Shown in pieces: positions 26,052-41,181 of a stretch of 62,388 bases of DNA (its first letter is position 1; each line of letters starts with the position of its first letter). The stretch lies in assembly GCF_006345805.1 (NCBI RefSeq), contig NW_021832140.1, forward strand, positions 1-62,388, given 5' to 3'. The stretch is from Octopus sinensis. Lineage: Eukaryota. The notes under the pieces were generated by a model, which searched no databases, was not told the origin of the DNA, and worked only from the letters and a program-made list of their open reading frames with translations. The translations under genes and the position numbers were made by a program.

Positions 26052-27717
26052 TATATATATTATTATAATATATATACACTACATATATACATCTTTTTCG
26101 ATGGCCCGATAACTGAAGAGATGCCGGCGTAGGTTTCCACCCCGACATTCGAAACTCGGAGTTTTATCATGGCTACCAAATAATTGACACATATCATATT
26201 TACAGATAAATTCCTCTGTTTACATAATATTGAGGTCTCTTTCATTCTTTTGTTGTCTTGCCATTTCTATCAATGAATTATATGTATGTATGCATGAATG
26301 TATACACACACACAAACACACACACACACACACACATATGTATGTATATATAATGAGTTAAGAGAAATTACGCAGAGTGGCTATCGGCATATATTTGAGC
26401 GACATAATACCATACAGCATAAATTCTTGATTTACTAACATTATCTCCATTTCTTGAGGGGGTATCATAAGTAACAAACAGCAATTAACACCAGCTCCAT
26501 ATGAGGAGTGAGGATGATATCAAGAATCAATAATTCTCCAAAATTAGCAAGGGAGACAAGTGGACTATCAGGGACACGTTTTTCTACCTCAATAGGCGTC
26601 ATCAACATGACACTTGTCCTAACCTATCTCCTAACCCAACAAGAGATATAGATGTATGCATAAAATAGTAGAACGCATTTATGGCTAAGATAATGTATAT
26701 ATTTATATTTATATTTATATTTCTTTCACCTCATTCTTACCTTTTCGTCTTTTATTTCATCCTTCCGTTTTTACCTTTTTTACGTTTATTACTTCGTTCA
26801 TTATGCCGTTTCTGTGTTTCGTTTCTTCTCTCCTTCTCTCTTCTCTCTCTCCTCTCTCTTTCATCTCTTTCAAACATTTTAAAAACTACACTATTGCATT
26901 CTTGAAAACTCTATGTTCGGCTTCTTTTATCCACCATTCTGAGAAACATCATGAAGACATTGAGAGATACCAATCGTCTCATTCAAGCAGAAAAGTACAA
27001 TGGATGAATTAAGACCCATCATTCAACTCAGAATCGAACATGCATCGTAAAATTGTCATTGCTATACAACAGGGATTAGTCATCCACTCTTTTTCATCAT
27101 TTTACTGCTCTTTTACACAAAGTTTTGGAAGTTTATTTTTATCCTTTTTAGTTGTATTTTATAGCGTGTATGTGTGTATGTGTGCTTCTCTTGTGATTTT
27201 GCATGTGTGTGGTGTGACTGTTTGTGTATGTGTCGTGAATATGTGTGCGTGTACATGCGTGTTTCTTTCTCTGCGTAGCTAGAGTCACATTTATTTTGCC
27301 CTGATTTTGCTGCCTCAGTCACTCCTTTAAAAAAATATTACATTTCTACAACTCTAAATTACAGAAGTGTAAAGAACCACATAGTTCGTAAACTGGGTAG
27401 AAGTGTCCAATTAGGGGCGACAGGAGCTCACAAGGGAGCGGTAGATACCACGGAAACGCTATGGGGGAGGGGTACTGGGTATTTAGAGGAGTAGGGATTT
27501 TTTCTCGAGAAATATTATATTTAAATCAGATACAATATTTATATTTTAAACACATTAAAAAAAAATCTTTTCAGATTTAAATATGAGTAGGATATTGTGT
27601 TATCAGTGAGCGAAATACTTGATTGATGATGTGCCAGGTTCAATATAATTTCATTATAGAAGTTCTCGCTTTCTTTAGAAATTTGCAAAGAAAATTTAAC
27701 ATAGAGGACGCTAGTCC

Positions 27718-28345
27718 ATGCAAACATCTTTAAATGTGACACACGCTTCACGGAATAGTGTAGCAAACATGTATAATGAAACTACGACGTAGAATTAGCT
27801 TTTTATGTTTTTGCTTGTTGGTTTATTTGTCAACCTTTTGAAAAACATTGGAATGGGTTGTTTTGTGATACGCTATTCTTTGAAAGGTAGTGGTGCGCTA
27901 CTAAAAGATGATAGCAACATTCTGTATATTGTTTGCAATATCATAACAAATACACTATTAGACACTATACTCCGTTGTGGAAAATATTTGGCATTCAGTT
28001 ACTTAGTCCATTCCGCCGCTACACATGTTTTCGGATCTGGTGAAACTTCACTTCGAGCGTTCCCAATGGTTTATTACATGTTCTATATTCTCACAATGTC
28101 TGTTAACAGTCTTTATTTACTCGTGTAATGTTCGATGTCATGTGGATCACGATGTTCCATATCTTCATTCTTCTCCCAGTGTCCATCTCAATCATGTTTT
28201 TATGTCCTTGCATAGCTATAATCTGGCTACCACAGAACGTAAATGGTCAGTTGCATTCTTATGCTATGTTACCGTGTCTTTGAGCCTTTGTTACGATGCT
28301 TTAATATGGTCATGATACGAAATTACCAGGAATTTTTAGAGGTAA
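27718..28345 (+). pseudogene. Candidate decayed intronless rhodopsin-class GPCR pseudogene
   Basis: MQTSLNVT..YNETT (two sequons), in-frame LFMFLLVGLFVNLL (TM1-like), CGKYLAFSYLV (TM3 Cys), a frameshifted FERS (E/DRY-like), FHIFILLPVSISIMFL (TM5-like) and RNYQEFLEV. Multiple stops and deletions. Confidence 0.35.
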
Positions 28346-29197
28346 CTTTGGTGAAAAAATATCTGATATTTTAAGGAACTTCCCAGTTTTCATACACATT
28401 TCGCTTCTGTATAGCAGAGCAGGGATTTCGATGGGGTTGTACAGGGCAATATTTTGAAATCAGGATTTTATACATCACGTTGCCTTCTCGATTCAGCATT
28501 TGACATCGATTCCAGCATCTCTATGACGACATATAAAACTAACAACACAGAATATGTTCAAATACATAAAAGTATATAACACATTATACAAAACAACGAT
28601 ACTTTGTCATAACTAGAGGACATCAAAACTATACAACCTCTTATTAAGTATACTTTGTACTCAACAGAAAAGTACAGTAAAGCATTGTAAAGTACATTGA
28701 TATGCAGTAATATACAATGGAATATGGTCAGTGTAGAGTACAGTGGCTTAGAGTACAGCAATATATCACTTGCTGCTCTAGCACCCAGCACTACACTATA
28801 CTACATACCTGCTAGAAATAGCAGTAAAATACCCCACATATCACGGTCGGCTGCCTTAAAACAAAGGATATTGAATAGAATAATATGGTCTGATTGGAGT
28901 CATGAATATGTTAGATATTCAATAGCGTTAGGTATTCAATCGGCGGAGATAGTCACGACTGGAACGTCTATACATTATATTCATGGTCTGTTCGATCAGA
29001 GTTGACGAGGGAACTAAACAACAACGGCAACGACAACAACAACAACAACAACAACGGCAATAACAACAACAGCAGCAGCAGCCCGCCATTACACTTCGCT
29101 ACACATAATATCTCAAGTCTGCCAGACTTCAATATTTCATCAATCACTATGGCTCCGTAAAACTACCTCCACCTCAACAGCAACAACAACAACAGCA

Positions 29198-29228
<31 letters not shown>

Positions 29229-29270
29229 ACTACTACTACTACTACCACCACCACCACCACCACAACAACA

Positions 29271-29331
<61 letters not shown>

Positions 29332-29481
29332 AATGGTGACAATGGTGACTGCACTAACGGCAATTGATGAAGAAAGAGCAGGAAAGAAGTAAAGAAGAAA
29401 AAAGAGAAGCAAAATAAAAATGCTTGCTTATCAAAGCTGCAAAAACACAACAAACAACAAAGGTAAAAGAACACAAGCATC

Positions 29482-29531
<50 letters not shown>

Positions 29532-29610
29532 TAATAATGAGGACTATGATGATGATAACAACAACAATAACAACAGCAACAACAACAACAACAACAATAA
29601 TAATAATAAT

Positions 29611-29654
<44 letters not shown>

Positions 29655-29849
29655 GCTAAGAAAACACAGAAATCGAACTATCAATCAATAAATGTACAAA
29701 TAAATACATAAAATAGAAAATAAAATAAACGACAGGAATGAATATGAGAAATGATGACTTCTATGTTGGTCGTCTTTTTCTTTTTCTCTCAAACCCTCGC
29801 TCCCTATTAATTTCTTTTATCTCTCCCTCTCTCTTTTTCTCTCTCCCCT

Positions 29850-29888
<39 letters not shown>

Positions 29889-30848
29889 GTGCTCACGCAC
29901 AACACGCACATGCACTCACATATACATACACATTCATAAATACATGCGCAAATGTACACACATTCTATGCACATCACGCACTCCTCAAAATAATCTGATA
30001 CACATTTAAAGACATATAAGCGCGATTTCACATACACACATGCACACATACATATACATGTGTATCTGTATGAATTTGAAGTTGCTCAAACGTACATACA
30101 TGTATTAATACATACATACAAAAATACATAAACGCATACATACGTAAACACGTACACAAACACATACATACATACATACATACATACATACATACATACA
30201 TACATACATACATACATACATACATACATACATACATGCATGCATGCATACACACACATACATACATGCATATATACATACGGATATACATTTGTGTGGG
30301 TGTATGAGATGTGTGTGTGTGTGTGAGGTGTGAGTGTGTGTGTGCGTACGGCATTTAAGAGTTTGTGTATGTCCGTGTGTATTGCATCAGGAAAGCTTGA
30401 GTTGCATGACCTGTTCAATGTTCGTCCATAAACATTAGTAGAGAGATGGATTTTTATTACAGGGAGTGCTGTAAAAATGGCCGAAATACTCTCATCTTCC
30501 TTCATCCATGTATTGACAGGCTTTAGTCATTCATTGGTTGCCAAGATGGAGTGTTTTCTTTAAAGGGTTTGCTCAATTATACTGACCACACCGCTTTCTA
30601 TGGGGCACAGTTTATCGACCTCCTAAGGGCAGAAATTCAAAGTTGACGCAGGGAGGAAAAGGACGTTACCAAGATAGAACTAAACACTAAATACCTTAAT
30701 ATACTATGAAGAATGACACCAGTCTTCATGTATAGAACAGAATCTCTCTCCTCCCTCACTTCCTCTCTCTGTCTCTGTATGTTTCTGTCTGTCCTCCTCA
30801 CTCTATCTGCCGCGGTCTCTCTCTTTCGTTCTCTGTTTCTCTTTCGTT

Positions 30849-30881
<33 letters not shown>

Positions 30882-30910
30882 ATTTGTCTGTCTCTCTCTC
30901 TCTCTCTCAC

Positions 30911-31033
<123 letters not shown>

Positions 31034-31817
31034 GCCTGTCTGTCTGTCTGTCAAATTATCTATCTCCCTCTCTCACTCCTTACTTTCGTTCTGATAGCTA
31101 TTTCTCGATCTGTACAATTTTCTGTCTTGTTTATATTCATTCTCCACCGCGAAGCTCTTCTGTTTCCTCTCGGAAAAAACATTTTGACATTTTTATTTTA
31201 TTCTCGTGTCCGATACACAGTTTGGTTCGCTTCATTTTGTAGTTTTCTGTTCGTAAAAGAGTTACGTATATAGTTATTCCCCCTTTTTTCTTTTGTCATA
31301 ACCGCCACGGTCTTGCCCTACTCTCCATGTCTGTGCTGTACATTTCTTTTTGTACTTCCCTCCTACCATTTCGTACCTATCATTTCACAATTATTTCTTA
31401 TCTGTGTGTCTCATCTCTCACGCATACAAAGTATATAAGTATATTTCTTCACTTCGTCCTTATCTCTTCATCACCATATTAATTCTTACGAATATTCGTG
31501 CGTCCATGGCATAAGTTAAGATTAATCAGTACTATCTTCAACGTCGAAACTGCTTATTCCTAAGATTATATAGCTAATGAAACGAAACTTCTACCGGTTA
31601 TTCCATCTATATTTGTGCTCTTGTATTATAACTTTTGTAGAAAATAATTGTCTGGATGAACTCTTTTCTTAAAAAACTTCTACTTTCATAAATTTTGTTA
31701 GGGACCTGCATCATCATCAGACTTCCTGAAAAGGATTGCAATAAGGCACGTTATTTTAATTACACAAATGGTAGGAAGCTACCAACAATATCAAAAGGCG
31801 CTGAAATAAGCCAGTCG

Positions 31818-31848
<31 letters not shown>

Positions 31849-32799
31849 TTGTGCCTGTGTGTGTGTGTGTTTGTGCCTCTGTGTGTGTGTGTTTGTGCCT
31901 GTGTTTGTCCACATCATCGCTTGACAACCGGTGTTGGTGTGTTTACGTCCTCGTAACTTACCGGTTCGTTAATGAGAAACCAGGCTTCAAAAACAAATAA
32001 AAGCTGGGGCACATTCATTTGATTAAAATCCTTTCAAAGCGTTACCACTTTGTCTGATGGAACATTTTCTTTTATTAATTCTCTTGTTTCAATCGTTACA
32101 GTGTGACCATACTGGGGCACCACTTTGAAGGGTTTTGTTGGAACAATTCACCCCAATTACTCTTTTAATGCCTAATACATATACAACCGAACAACTAAGT
32201 TACAAAAACTTGAAATAGCAGCCACCAATTCTCAAGGCGTATGTGTACAAACATATTGTCAATATACTAAAATACACACATGATAATGCTATGGTGATCA
32301 AAAAGATTTTGGCAAATAAATCTTGAAGCACCTCCACGTATATGAGGATAAAAGGTTAATCCCACAGAAAATGTAAATATACCTAATTATTCAACTACTT
32401 TGCATAACAGGATTTCACCATTGGAAGGCTGAGTATCACCTGACGAAATGGCAAGGTTACGCGTTATTCAGAATTATGTAATATGTAATTTGTTATGATT
32501 TTTAAATAACCACGTTGTTGAAGCGCGTATAGTGATATTTTGAGCTGTTCATTCTTACTTGCTTGTACACATACATACACATACTCACACACGCACATAC
32601 ACACACACATAATTAACTGAGATAGAAGCAATATTATTACTAATCTTTATCTCCGGCTTAAATTGGATTTGTGTTTGAATACTGCGTTATTTACACTGAC
32701 AAGAATACTTATATGGACCAGCGGTTTATAAAAGCAATCGTATTTATACCGTTGACAGATCAGAACCGTCTGTTACAGCCACCTAAACTGCCAGGCAAC

Positions 32800-33412
32800 A
32801 CGATTTCGCCCTGTTGTTGGCTCCTCAGTTATAGAGTCCCAGAAGTTTCTATCCGTAAATTTGTTTTGGAAGGGTAAAGTGTTGTACAGCACTAAGCCCA
32901 CTTTTCAGCGTAATCAGCTATAAAATCAGTGATCCTATTGAGATTGAGACGACCAGAAACGAACTTTACCTCAGTATATTTTTTTTAAGTTTTCCTTCTC
33001 CTAGAAGTAAGTTCTAACGAGAACTAGGATACTTCACTCTCAGTGGTTCACACGCTAATTAACTCTTAGGTAGGACCCTAACAGGTGTTGCTACTCTGGG
33101 GCAGAATAGACCCTGGAACAATAGTAATTAACAGCTGGTTTCACACTCCACAAAACCCTGGAACGCCCGTTTAAAGTCATGTCTGGGACATACATATCTA
33201 TATGTATATCTATATATTTATCTATCTATATGTGTGTGTACCTGTGTGTATACGAATAATTTCATATGTATGTATATACATACATGCACACACACATGCA
33301 TATATATACACACATACATACGTACTCACAGACACACATACACGCATACATAATATAAAGATATATATGTATATATATATATGTATATATGTGTATATAA
33401 ATGTATATATAT

Positions 33413-33461
<49 letters not shown>

Positions 33462-33509
33462 CATACACACATACATGCATATATATATACATGAATATAT
33501 ATATATAAT

Positions 33510-33581
<72 letters not shown>

Positions 33582-34510
33582 CAGAGGTAGTATTAATACC
33601 AAATGGTAAAATATTCGCCACTTAAAAGTGGACGTTGTGTTGGAATTAAACAAAAACTGCAATATTTATTAAGAGATAAATAGTCTTATATGGTCTTAGG
33701 GTACATAAAAGCACGTCATAGCTATCACCAGCGACAGACACTCACTGCTATTTCCACTGACAAGACTACCAGATCGCCTCTTTTGGCCTTGTCAATGGTA
33801 CATTTCTGGCTTCTAGAAAAAGCAGTAACTGCTGCGCTAGGGATATACATAGAGATACAGAGCCAATTAGGCATTGGCCTCGTTAAAAGCCAGTGGGTTT
33901 ATTAAAAAGCAACAACAAAAATGGCAGTTAGATCTCACAGTATTACGCAGTTTCTTTCACCATGTATTGTCGTCACACGAAGTAATGTATTTATCAGATC
34001 AACAGCATAAAGGTATATATACACCGACAAATAGATCATGGGACTTGCTCACACACAAACACATGTATAAATATACCACTTACAGACAGTATATTTTACA
34101 TATATGCAAGGGATTGCATATACATACATGGCGGAAATCAACACGTGACCGAATAAGACCACTTGCTAAACTCAGTGAGTCCTTGCAAATGTTTCGAGTG
34201 TCCAAAAATTTCCTGTTGTGAATTCGTTTCGCGTAGATAAAGTGTTGTACTGGACTAAATCCACTTTTCAGTGCCGTCAGCTATAAGACCAGTGAGGTAA
34301 CAGCGGTTGAGACCACCAGAAACCAACTGCTCTTTCAGGTTTCTTTCCGTATACAAGTTTACCTTCTCCTAGAAGAAAGTTCTAACGAGAACTAGGATCT
34401 TTCTCTCCCAGGGGTTCACATGCTAGATAACCCTTAGGTGGGGCGCTAATAGGTGCTGCTAATCTGGGACAGACTAGACCTGGGAACAGCAAAAACTAAG
34501 AACTGGTTCC
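32800..34510 (+). repeat. Two diverged direct copies of a ~300-bp block (~32800-33145 and ~34190-34510)
   Basis: Shared runs agtgttgtac, ccacttttcag, cagctataa, ccagaaac and ccttctcctagaag(t/a)aagttctaacgagaactaggat. Confidence 0.75.
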
Positions 34511-34842
34511 ATAACCGGGACAGCATTACAGGATGTAGTTTAATGTCACACCCAGAACATACATAATCATACACACACACGTACACGCACACACGCACAC
34601 GCACGCACGCACACTCGTACAAGCGCGGAATATCACAAACTACGTGTCTAGGCGAAATTCAAAACATATACGCACACTCACTTACATATACATAAACACA
34701 TACACATGCACACATATATATAAAAATACATATACATACGTATGTATGCATGTACATAAGTATAGTCACGTGTGTGGCTGTTTATACTCGTATATCAATG
34801 TTTTCAAATATATAGATGCATACATACATACATACATTCATA

Positions 34843-34932
<90 letters not shown>

Positions 34933-36111
34933 ATGTATACTTTGATACTTTGATACTTTGATAGGTATATATATATATATATATTATATATATATATAAG
35001 GTTTTGCATTAGTAGAGCTTATGGTACATTATTTCAATCTACAAATATATGGCTATGTGTGTGTGTTTCGCCATTCTGGGCCACATCAGATTACAGCTTG
35101 TTAAACCCAGTTATTCACTTCCAACAATGTCGTCTATACATTTGACGCGATCGATTCGAAAATCTGACGCCATCTTTTATTGGTTGTTTATTTTATTAGT
35201 TTTTACAATATTTTATTTTACTTCATTATATTTTATTTCATTTTTATTGGGGATGGCGGATGGGTTGTTCGAAGATAGTACTCGTTATTGTTGTGGTGCT
35301 GATGGTATTAATGTTGGTGATGTATGCGGTCTTAATACGCTTATTGCTGGTAGGTGGGATAACGGTTGTGGTGGCGGGGCATGGCGTTTGCCGTCATCGC
35401 TATTGTGGTTGTGGTGCTGTTATTGGTCGTAATGGTGATAGTCATTGAATTAGTCAGGTGGGGGGCGTCGTTGCCGTCGTCATATACATTGTCATCGTCG
35501 ACATTGTGGTTGTAATGGTGGTGATGGTGTTGCTGTTCCTGGGAGGGACGGTGGTGGAGGTGATTGTGATGGTGATTGTGATAGTGGTGGTGGCGTTGGT
35601 GGTAGTGATGGTGGTGCTGTTCTTGGGTGGATGGCGGTGGTGTTATTGGTGATGGTCGCTGTGGTGGTGGTGGTCGTCGTTGTCATTATGGCTGCCTTGA
35701 AGGTCACGGTGATAGTAATAGTGATGGTGGTGGTGGTGGCGGTGTTGGTGAATTAGACAGTTGCATGGTGTGAAGATAGAAAAAAGGCCTTCCGTTTTGG
35801 TGATGGTGACGATGGAGACAATAGTGTTGTCGTTGTTGTAAGTGGTAGTGGTGGGGGTGAATAATGGCGGCGGTGATTGTAGCGAAGACAGTTCCATGGT
35901 GTGAACATAGGTCTTTCATTGTTCTATATATATACACATATACATATATACACACATATATATATATATATATATATACATATACACATATATATTTACA
36001 CATATATATATATATTATATATATATATATATATTATATATATTGTAGGTCCCGGGTTGATCCGGGGTTAACCACAGTAAGTAAGGTACTCAATACATAG
36101 CAGAGTAAAAT

Positions 36112-36239
36112 TATTTATTATATAGAAGGAGCTTCTACAGGACTAGTACTGTTTCATTCAAGAGAAATCTTCTGGAAGCTCCAGAAGATTTCTCTTGAAT
36201 GAAACAGTACTAGTCCTGTAGAAGCTCCTTCTATATAAT

Positions 36240-36244
<5 letters not shown>
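36112..36244. repeat. Perfect palindrome, 64-bp arms around a 5-nt centre
   Basis: 36112-36175 is the exact reverse complement of 36181-36244; centre aagct. Confidence 0.95.
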
Positions 36245-36270
<26 letters not shown>

Positions 36271-36286
36271 TATATATTTACATATA

Positions 36287-36323
<37 letters not shown>

Positions 36324-36375
36324 TATACATATATATATATACATACATACACACACGCACACGCACACACACGCA

Positions 36376-36419
<44 letters not shown>

Positions 36420-37395
36420 CTATATATATAATATATATATATTATACATATATATATGTATGTATATATATCTTGTTGAGACGTTGCCAGTAAGATTTTG
36501 TTGTGCTGGTTAGGTTAGTATTGCTGTTGTTGTTGTTTGTTCTAGTGATGTTAGTGGTGATGGCGGTGGCGGTAGTGGTAGTGGTAGTGGTTGATGGTAT
36601 GGTACAGTAGATGTGATAGTGTGGTGATGATGGTGGGGTCGCTAGAGGCGGTGTTGCTGGCAGGCATCCTTCAGAAGCAATGATGATAGAGATATTCATC
36701 TCGTCGTGGTGATTATACTAGTGGCGATGGTGTTGGTGTTGGTGCTGCTGCTGCTGCTGCTGGTGGTACTGACGATATCTCTGAGATTTACAATAGACGA
36801 GAGGTAGATTTGAAGTGGTCGTGAAGGTAATAACGTTGTTGCTGCGGTCGTGATGGTGGTCTCGAGGGTGTCACTTGTACAAAATACAATGTGTTTTTTT
36901 TTGTTGTTGTTGTTTAGCTGTGGTTCAATTCCGACTCTACAGACTTCTGATCAAAACCATTCCAGCTATAACAGCTATAACTTCCTTCTGGATATATTGC
37001 ACACTGTTCTACATTGTTCAACGTCTCCTTTTTTCAAAATGGTAGGCTGTGACTTCCATTAGGCACCTTCGTAACGCGGAGTAGATGAAACATGGATAAC
37101 TGAAGAAGTGGAATATTCTTTATGTTGTATGTCTCGTTTCTCTGTTTGCTTTTTTCGTTGTTCGAAGAAAAGTTCGTTTCTATGTTTTTGTTTTTATGTT
37201 TTCGTTTCTCATTGTGTTCAACGCTTTTTTGATGCCCTGTACCCATATATGCATGTATATATATACATATATATGTAGGTATGTACATATATGTATGTAT
37301 ATATGCATATATTTATATATTTATATATTATTTATTTTATTTTAAGAAGTTCTAGTTGAGTGAACAATCAGCGGATGTACGTGTTGTTTTGTAGG

Positions 37396-37464
<69 letters not shown>

Positions 37465-37554
37465 TCATACACACACACACTAATTCTCCTGTTGATTACA
37501 TACATATATGTATGTATTTATGTATGTATGTATGTATGTATGTATGTATGTATG

Positions 37555-37585
<31 letters not shown>

Positions 37586-37589
37586 GTGC

Positions 37590-37624
<35 letters not shown>

Positions 37625-37795
37625 TTCGTTGCAAATGTTTTTTTTTCTACGGTGCCGAGTATAAAATCCTGTAAATAATAATAATGGTATATTTAGATAA
37701 GCTTAAAGCTTATGGCGATCATCGTGCAATGACTAAAGAAAATAGTCTAATAAAGGGGCATATAAGCCCTTCACAGAAAAAAAGAAGGCTTTCCT

Positions 37796-37864
37796 ATTCG
37801 CGTGGGATTCGAGCCCACATCCCTTTGTTAACGCGTCTAAGTGTGTTACCTTTCACCAGCGAAT
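37796..37864 (-). pseudogene. tRNA-like relic (tRNA pseudogene or isolated SINE head)
   Basis: Acceptor ATTCGC/GCGAAT, D arm GTG/CAC, T arm GTGGG-CTCGAAT-CCCAC. The anticodon arm is irregular and weakly Asn(GTT)-like. Confidence 0.45.
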
Positions 37865-37884
37865 CAGCCTCACCATTTCTGTAA

Positions 37885-38190
37885 AATATGACCAAAGACT
37901 GTGTGTACCCCATCCCAAGCAGTTGTGGTAAGGTATACAAAGGCGAAACATGCTGCCCACTCAAATTAAGCGTAGAGGAACATCGTAAAGCTGTGACACG
38001 AGATGTTGATAAGTCGGGTATAGCTGATCATGCATAGAAAACCGGAGACCAGCTTTCCCTCTGGGATGAAGTTAAAATAATAGACAGAGAACACCACTGG
38101 AAAATACGGAAACTAAAAAGGGCAGCACATGTGCTAGCAGACCTAGTTCAGATATGAATAAAATATGGGAACCGGTAATAAGAAAAGATA
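37885..38190 (+). mobile_element. Penelope/Poseidon-type PLE GIY-YIG fragment (third lineage)
   Basis: CVYPIPSSCGKVYKGETCCPLKLSVEEHRKAV...KSGIADHA*KTG...WDEVKIIDREHHWKIRKLK. Confidence 0.85.
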
Positions 38191-38296
38191 CAAAAATATT
38201 AGGATTATAAGCCCTAAAATTCACTCTACAATTGCCCACGGGCATATAGCGTAATGGTTAAGAGCCCGTCTAATGTAAATAGTGTATATATGTATG

Positions 38297-38385
<89 letters not shown>

Positions 38386-38509
38386 GTGTGTGTGCGTGTG
38401 TGTATATATATATATATATATATACATACATGCATACATACATACATACATACATACATACATACATACATACTACATACATACATACATACATACATAC
38501 ATACATACA

Positions 38510-38581
<72 letters not shown>

Positions 38582-39193
38582 CAAAAATTTAGATTCAGAT
38601 GACCTTAGATTTTGATATACAAAGATTTGATAAGCAAGACTATAAACTTAAACTAACCCTAAAAAACAGTGACAAGCTAGATCTCTAACAAGTCTTTTTC
38701 CTGATAGCTTAGTAGCTTTGAAGCTGAAAGGGAGGGACCAATCATCTTTGTTCAATTAAATGGAGTCGCTTGAAACGATCGTACTTCATTACCTCTGGAT
38801 ATCCTGTTGCTTATTTTGATTAAATATATACATATATATATACATGCATAAATATATTTACGAGCTCCACGCCTGAGGTGACAGTGTATATAAATATATA
38901 CACACACTATAACATCAGGCCGACCCAAACCTTGAGAGTGGACTTCGTACACAGAAACTGAAAGAAGACTGTCGTATATGAGTATATTTCTATGTGCGTG
39001 TGTGTCAGTGTTTGTACCCCAACCATCGCTTGTCAACCGATTTTACTGTGTTTATGTCCGCAAAAGAGACCGATACACTAAGTACTAAGCTTACAAAGAA
39101 AGATACTAAAGGCAGTGCTCCAGCATGGCGCAGTCAAATGACTGAAACAAATAAATTAGAAGAATGTGTATATATATATACATGTGTGTGTGT

Positions 39194-39248
<55 letters not shown>

Positions 39249-39449
39249 CATGTATATACTTATATACACACATATATATATATATGATATATATATATAT
39301 ATATATATGTATACATGTATATATATATATATGTACATGTATATATATATATGAATATATATATATATATGTGTGTATATAAATATAAATATATGTATCT
39401 TTCTATATATATTCGTATATATATTCATATATATATATATACATGTATA

Positions 39450-39546
<97 letters not shown>

Positions 39547-39649
39547 AAATAATGGTAGTACACAGATATAATTTTAAGGGTAACATTTATAAATTTATTA
39601 CAACGAAACATTTATCACTCATTTATCACCTTTGGGCAATTACTGCTTC

Positions 39650-40060
39650 CACACGATAATGAATAATTTTGGCAGCTGCCGCAATCTCCACCTCTTTAAT
39701 TTTCAGTGTCGCAAGCACGATGAAGGTCTTCAAATTGTTGACACTCGAATGTGGTGAAGCATTGGAGTACACCCCATAAAAAGTAATCCAGAAGGTTGAG
39801 ATCTGGGCTATTAATGGGCTAGATGTTATCCATCACAAAAAAACAGCACCTTCTCACCAAGGAAGGCCTTGTTACTTTTGACCTACGGTATGGTGCAGAA
39901 TTCTTGATAAGCCCAAACTTCATCTCCATCCAAGGTAACAGAGAGTTCTTCAGGATGTCCAGATACTCCTTTGTACCAATCTTCAAATCAGACTCAATGA
40001 AGTGTGGATCCATGACACATCACTTGCTACGGCTCCAAATACCATCACAAAGGCAGGATT
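39650..40060 (-). mobile_element. IS630-Tc1-mariner transposase relic, DD37D/maT-like
   Basis: MDPHFIESDLKIGTKEYLDILKNSLLPWM followed by frameshifted NSPDLNLLDYFLWG. Confidence 0.75.
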
Positions 40061-40164
40061 CTTAGTCTCAAACACAGAGGGACGTCGCAATGTTTGTATA
40101 CCTTCACGCGAGAATTTCTGCAATTCACTTCAGCGTCCACAGTGAACTTCTTGTAGACAACATA

Positions 40165-40271
<107 letters not shown>

Positions 40272-40532
40272 TGCAATAAGAAAATGGAGGGGATCAATAG
40301 GTGTTATTCATTAACTTTTAGACATTATATTATGTCAATTTATTTGTTTACTAAAATGACAATTATAACAATATACATACTTGTATAACATATTATGCTT
40401 TACATATATAATATATAAAATATAAAAATATCAGTAATTATTAAAATATACAAGATATAGCAATAGAAATTGGGATATCCCTTGGTTGGTTGGATTCACA
40501 ACCTCTAACTTTCTTGGAATTAATATATATAT

Positions 40533-40695
40533 TGTGGCTGTGTGGTAAGTAGCTTGCTAACCAGCCACATGGTTCCGGGTTCAGTCCCACTGCGTGGGAC
40601 CTTGGGCAAGTGTCTTCTGCTATAGCCCCGGGCCGACCAATGCCTTGTGAGTGGATTTGGTAGGCAGAAACTGAAAGAAGCCCGTCGTATATATG
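40533..40695 (+). mobile_element. tRNA-derived SINE (accttgggcaagtgtcttct...gaaactgaaagaagcccgtcg family)
   Basis: A box tggctgtgtggtaag, B box gggttcagtccc. Relatives at ~38900-38990, ~54235-54385 and ~58520-58680. Confidence 0.8.
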
Positions 40696-40714
40696 TATAT
40701 ATATATGTGTGTGC

Positions 40715-40767
<53 letters not shown>

Positions 40768-40822
40768 ATTATTATCATTATTATTATTAATATTATTATC
40801 ATTATTATTATTATCATTATTA

Positions 40823-40853
<31 letters not shown>

Positions 40854-40864
40854 TATTATTATTA

Positions 40865-41181
40865 TTGAGTGAGAGAGCAGTGCATGCCATCAAAGTGACA
40901 CTGGGGTAAAATATACGAAGCCCAGTATACCCATCATGACTACCCATCTGATAAGGGTACACTAGGCACATGCATCACAACCATATGTGCGCGACATGGT
41001 GATCTCATATCAAAATAAACAGTACATGACCTTGCAGGTGGGGCCCAGTTAGAATTTTCTTCTGGTCGAGTAACCCATCCCACTCGAAAGGTCCCTGAAT
41101 AAGGGTTGTTTAAGGATGTTGAACGAAACACCCATGTTTCCAGAGGTGAATTATTCAAACCCCAAAGAATCCCTCTCAACA
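40865..41181 (+). repeat. Dispersed repeat; reverse partial copy at ~45240-45335
   Basis: tgagtgagagagcagtgcatgccatcaaagtgacactggggtaaaatata...gataagggtacac matches the reverse complement of ~45240-45335. Confidence 0.75.

Noticed and set aside
36181-36225. Active hammerhead in the palindrome arm
   Set aside because: U4 is replaced by A, and stems I and III do not pair well.
37796-37864. Functional tRNA gene
   Set aside because: Irregular anticodon arm, non-canonical T loop (CTCGAAT) and a 6-bp acceptor stem.
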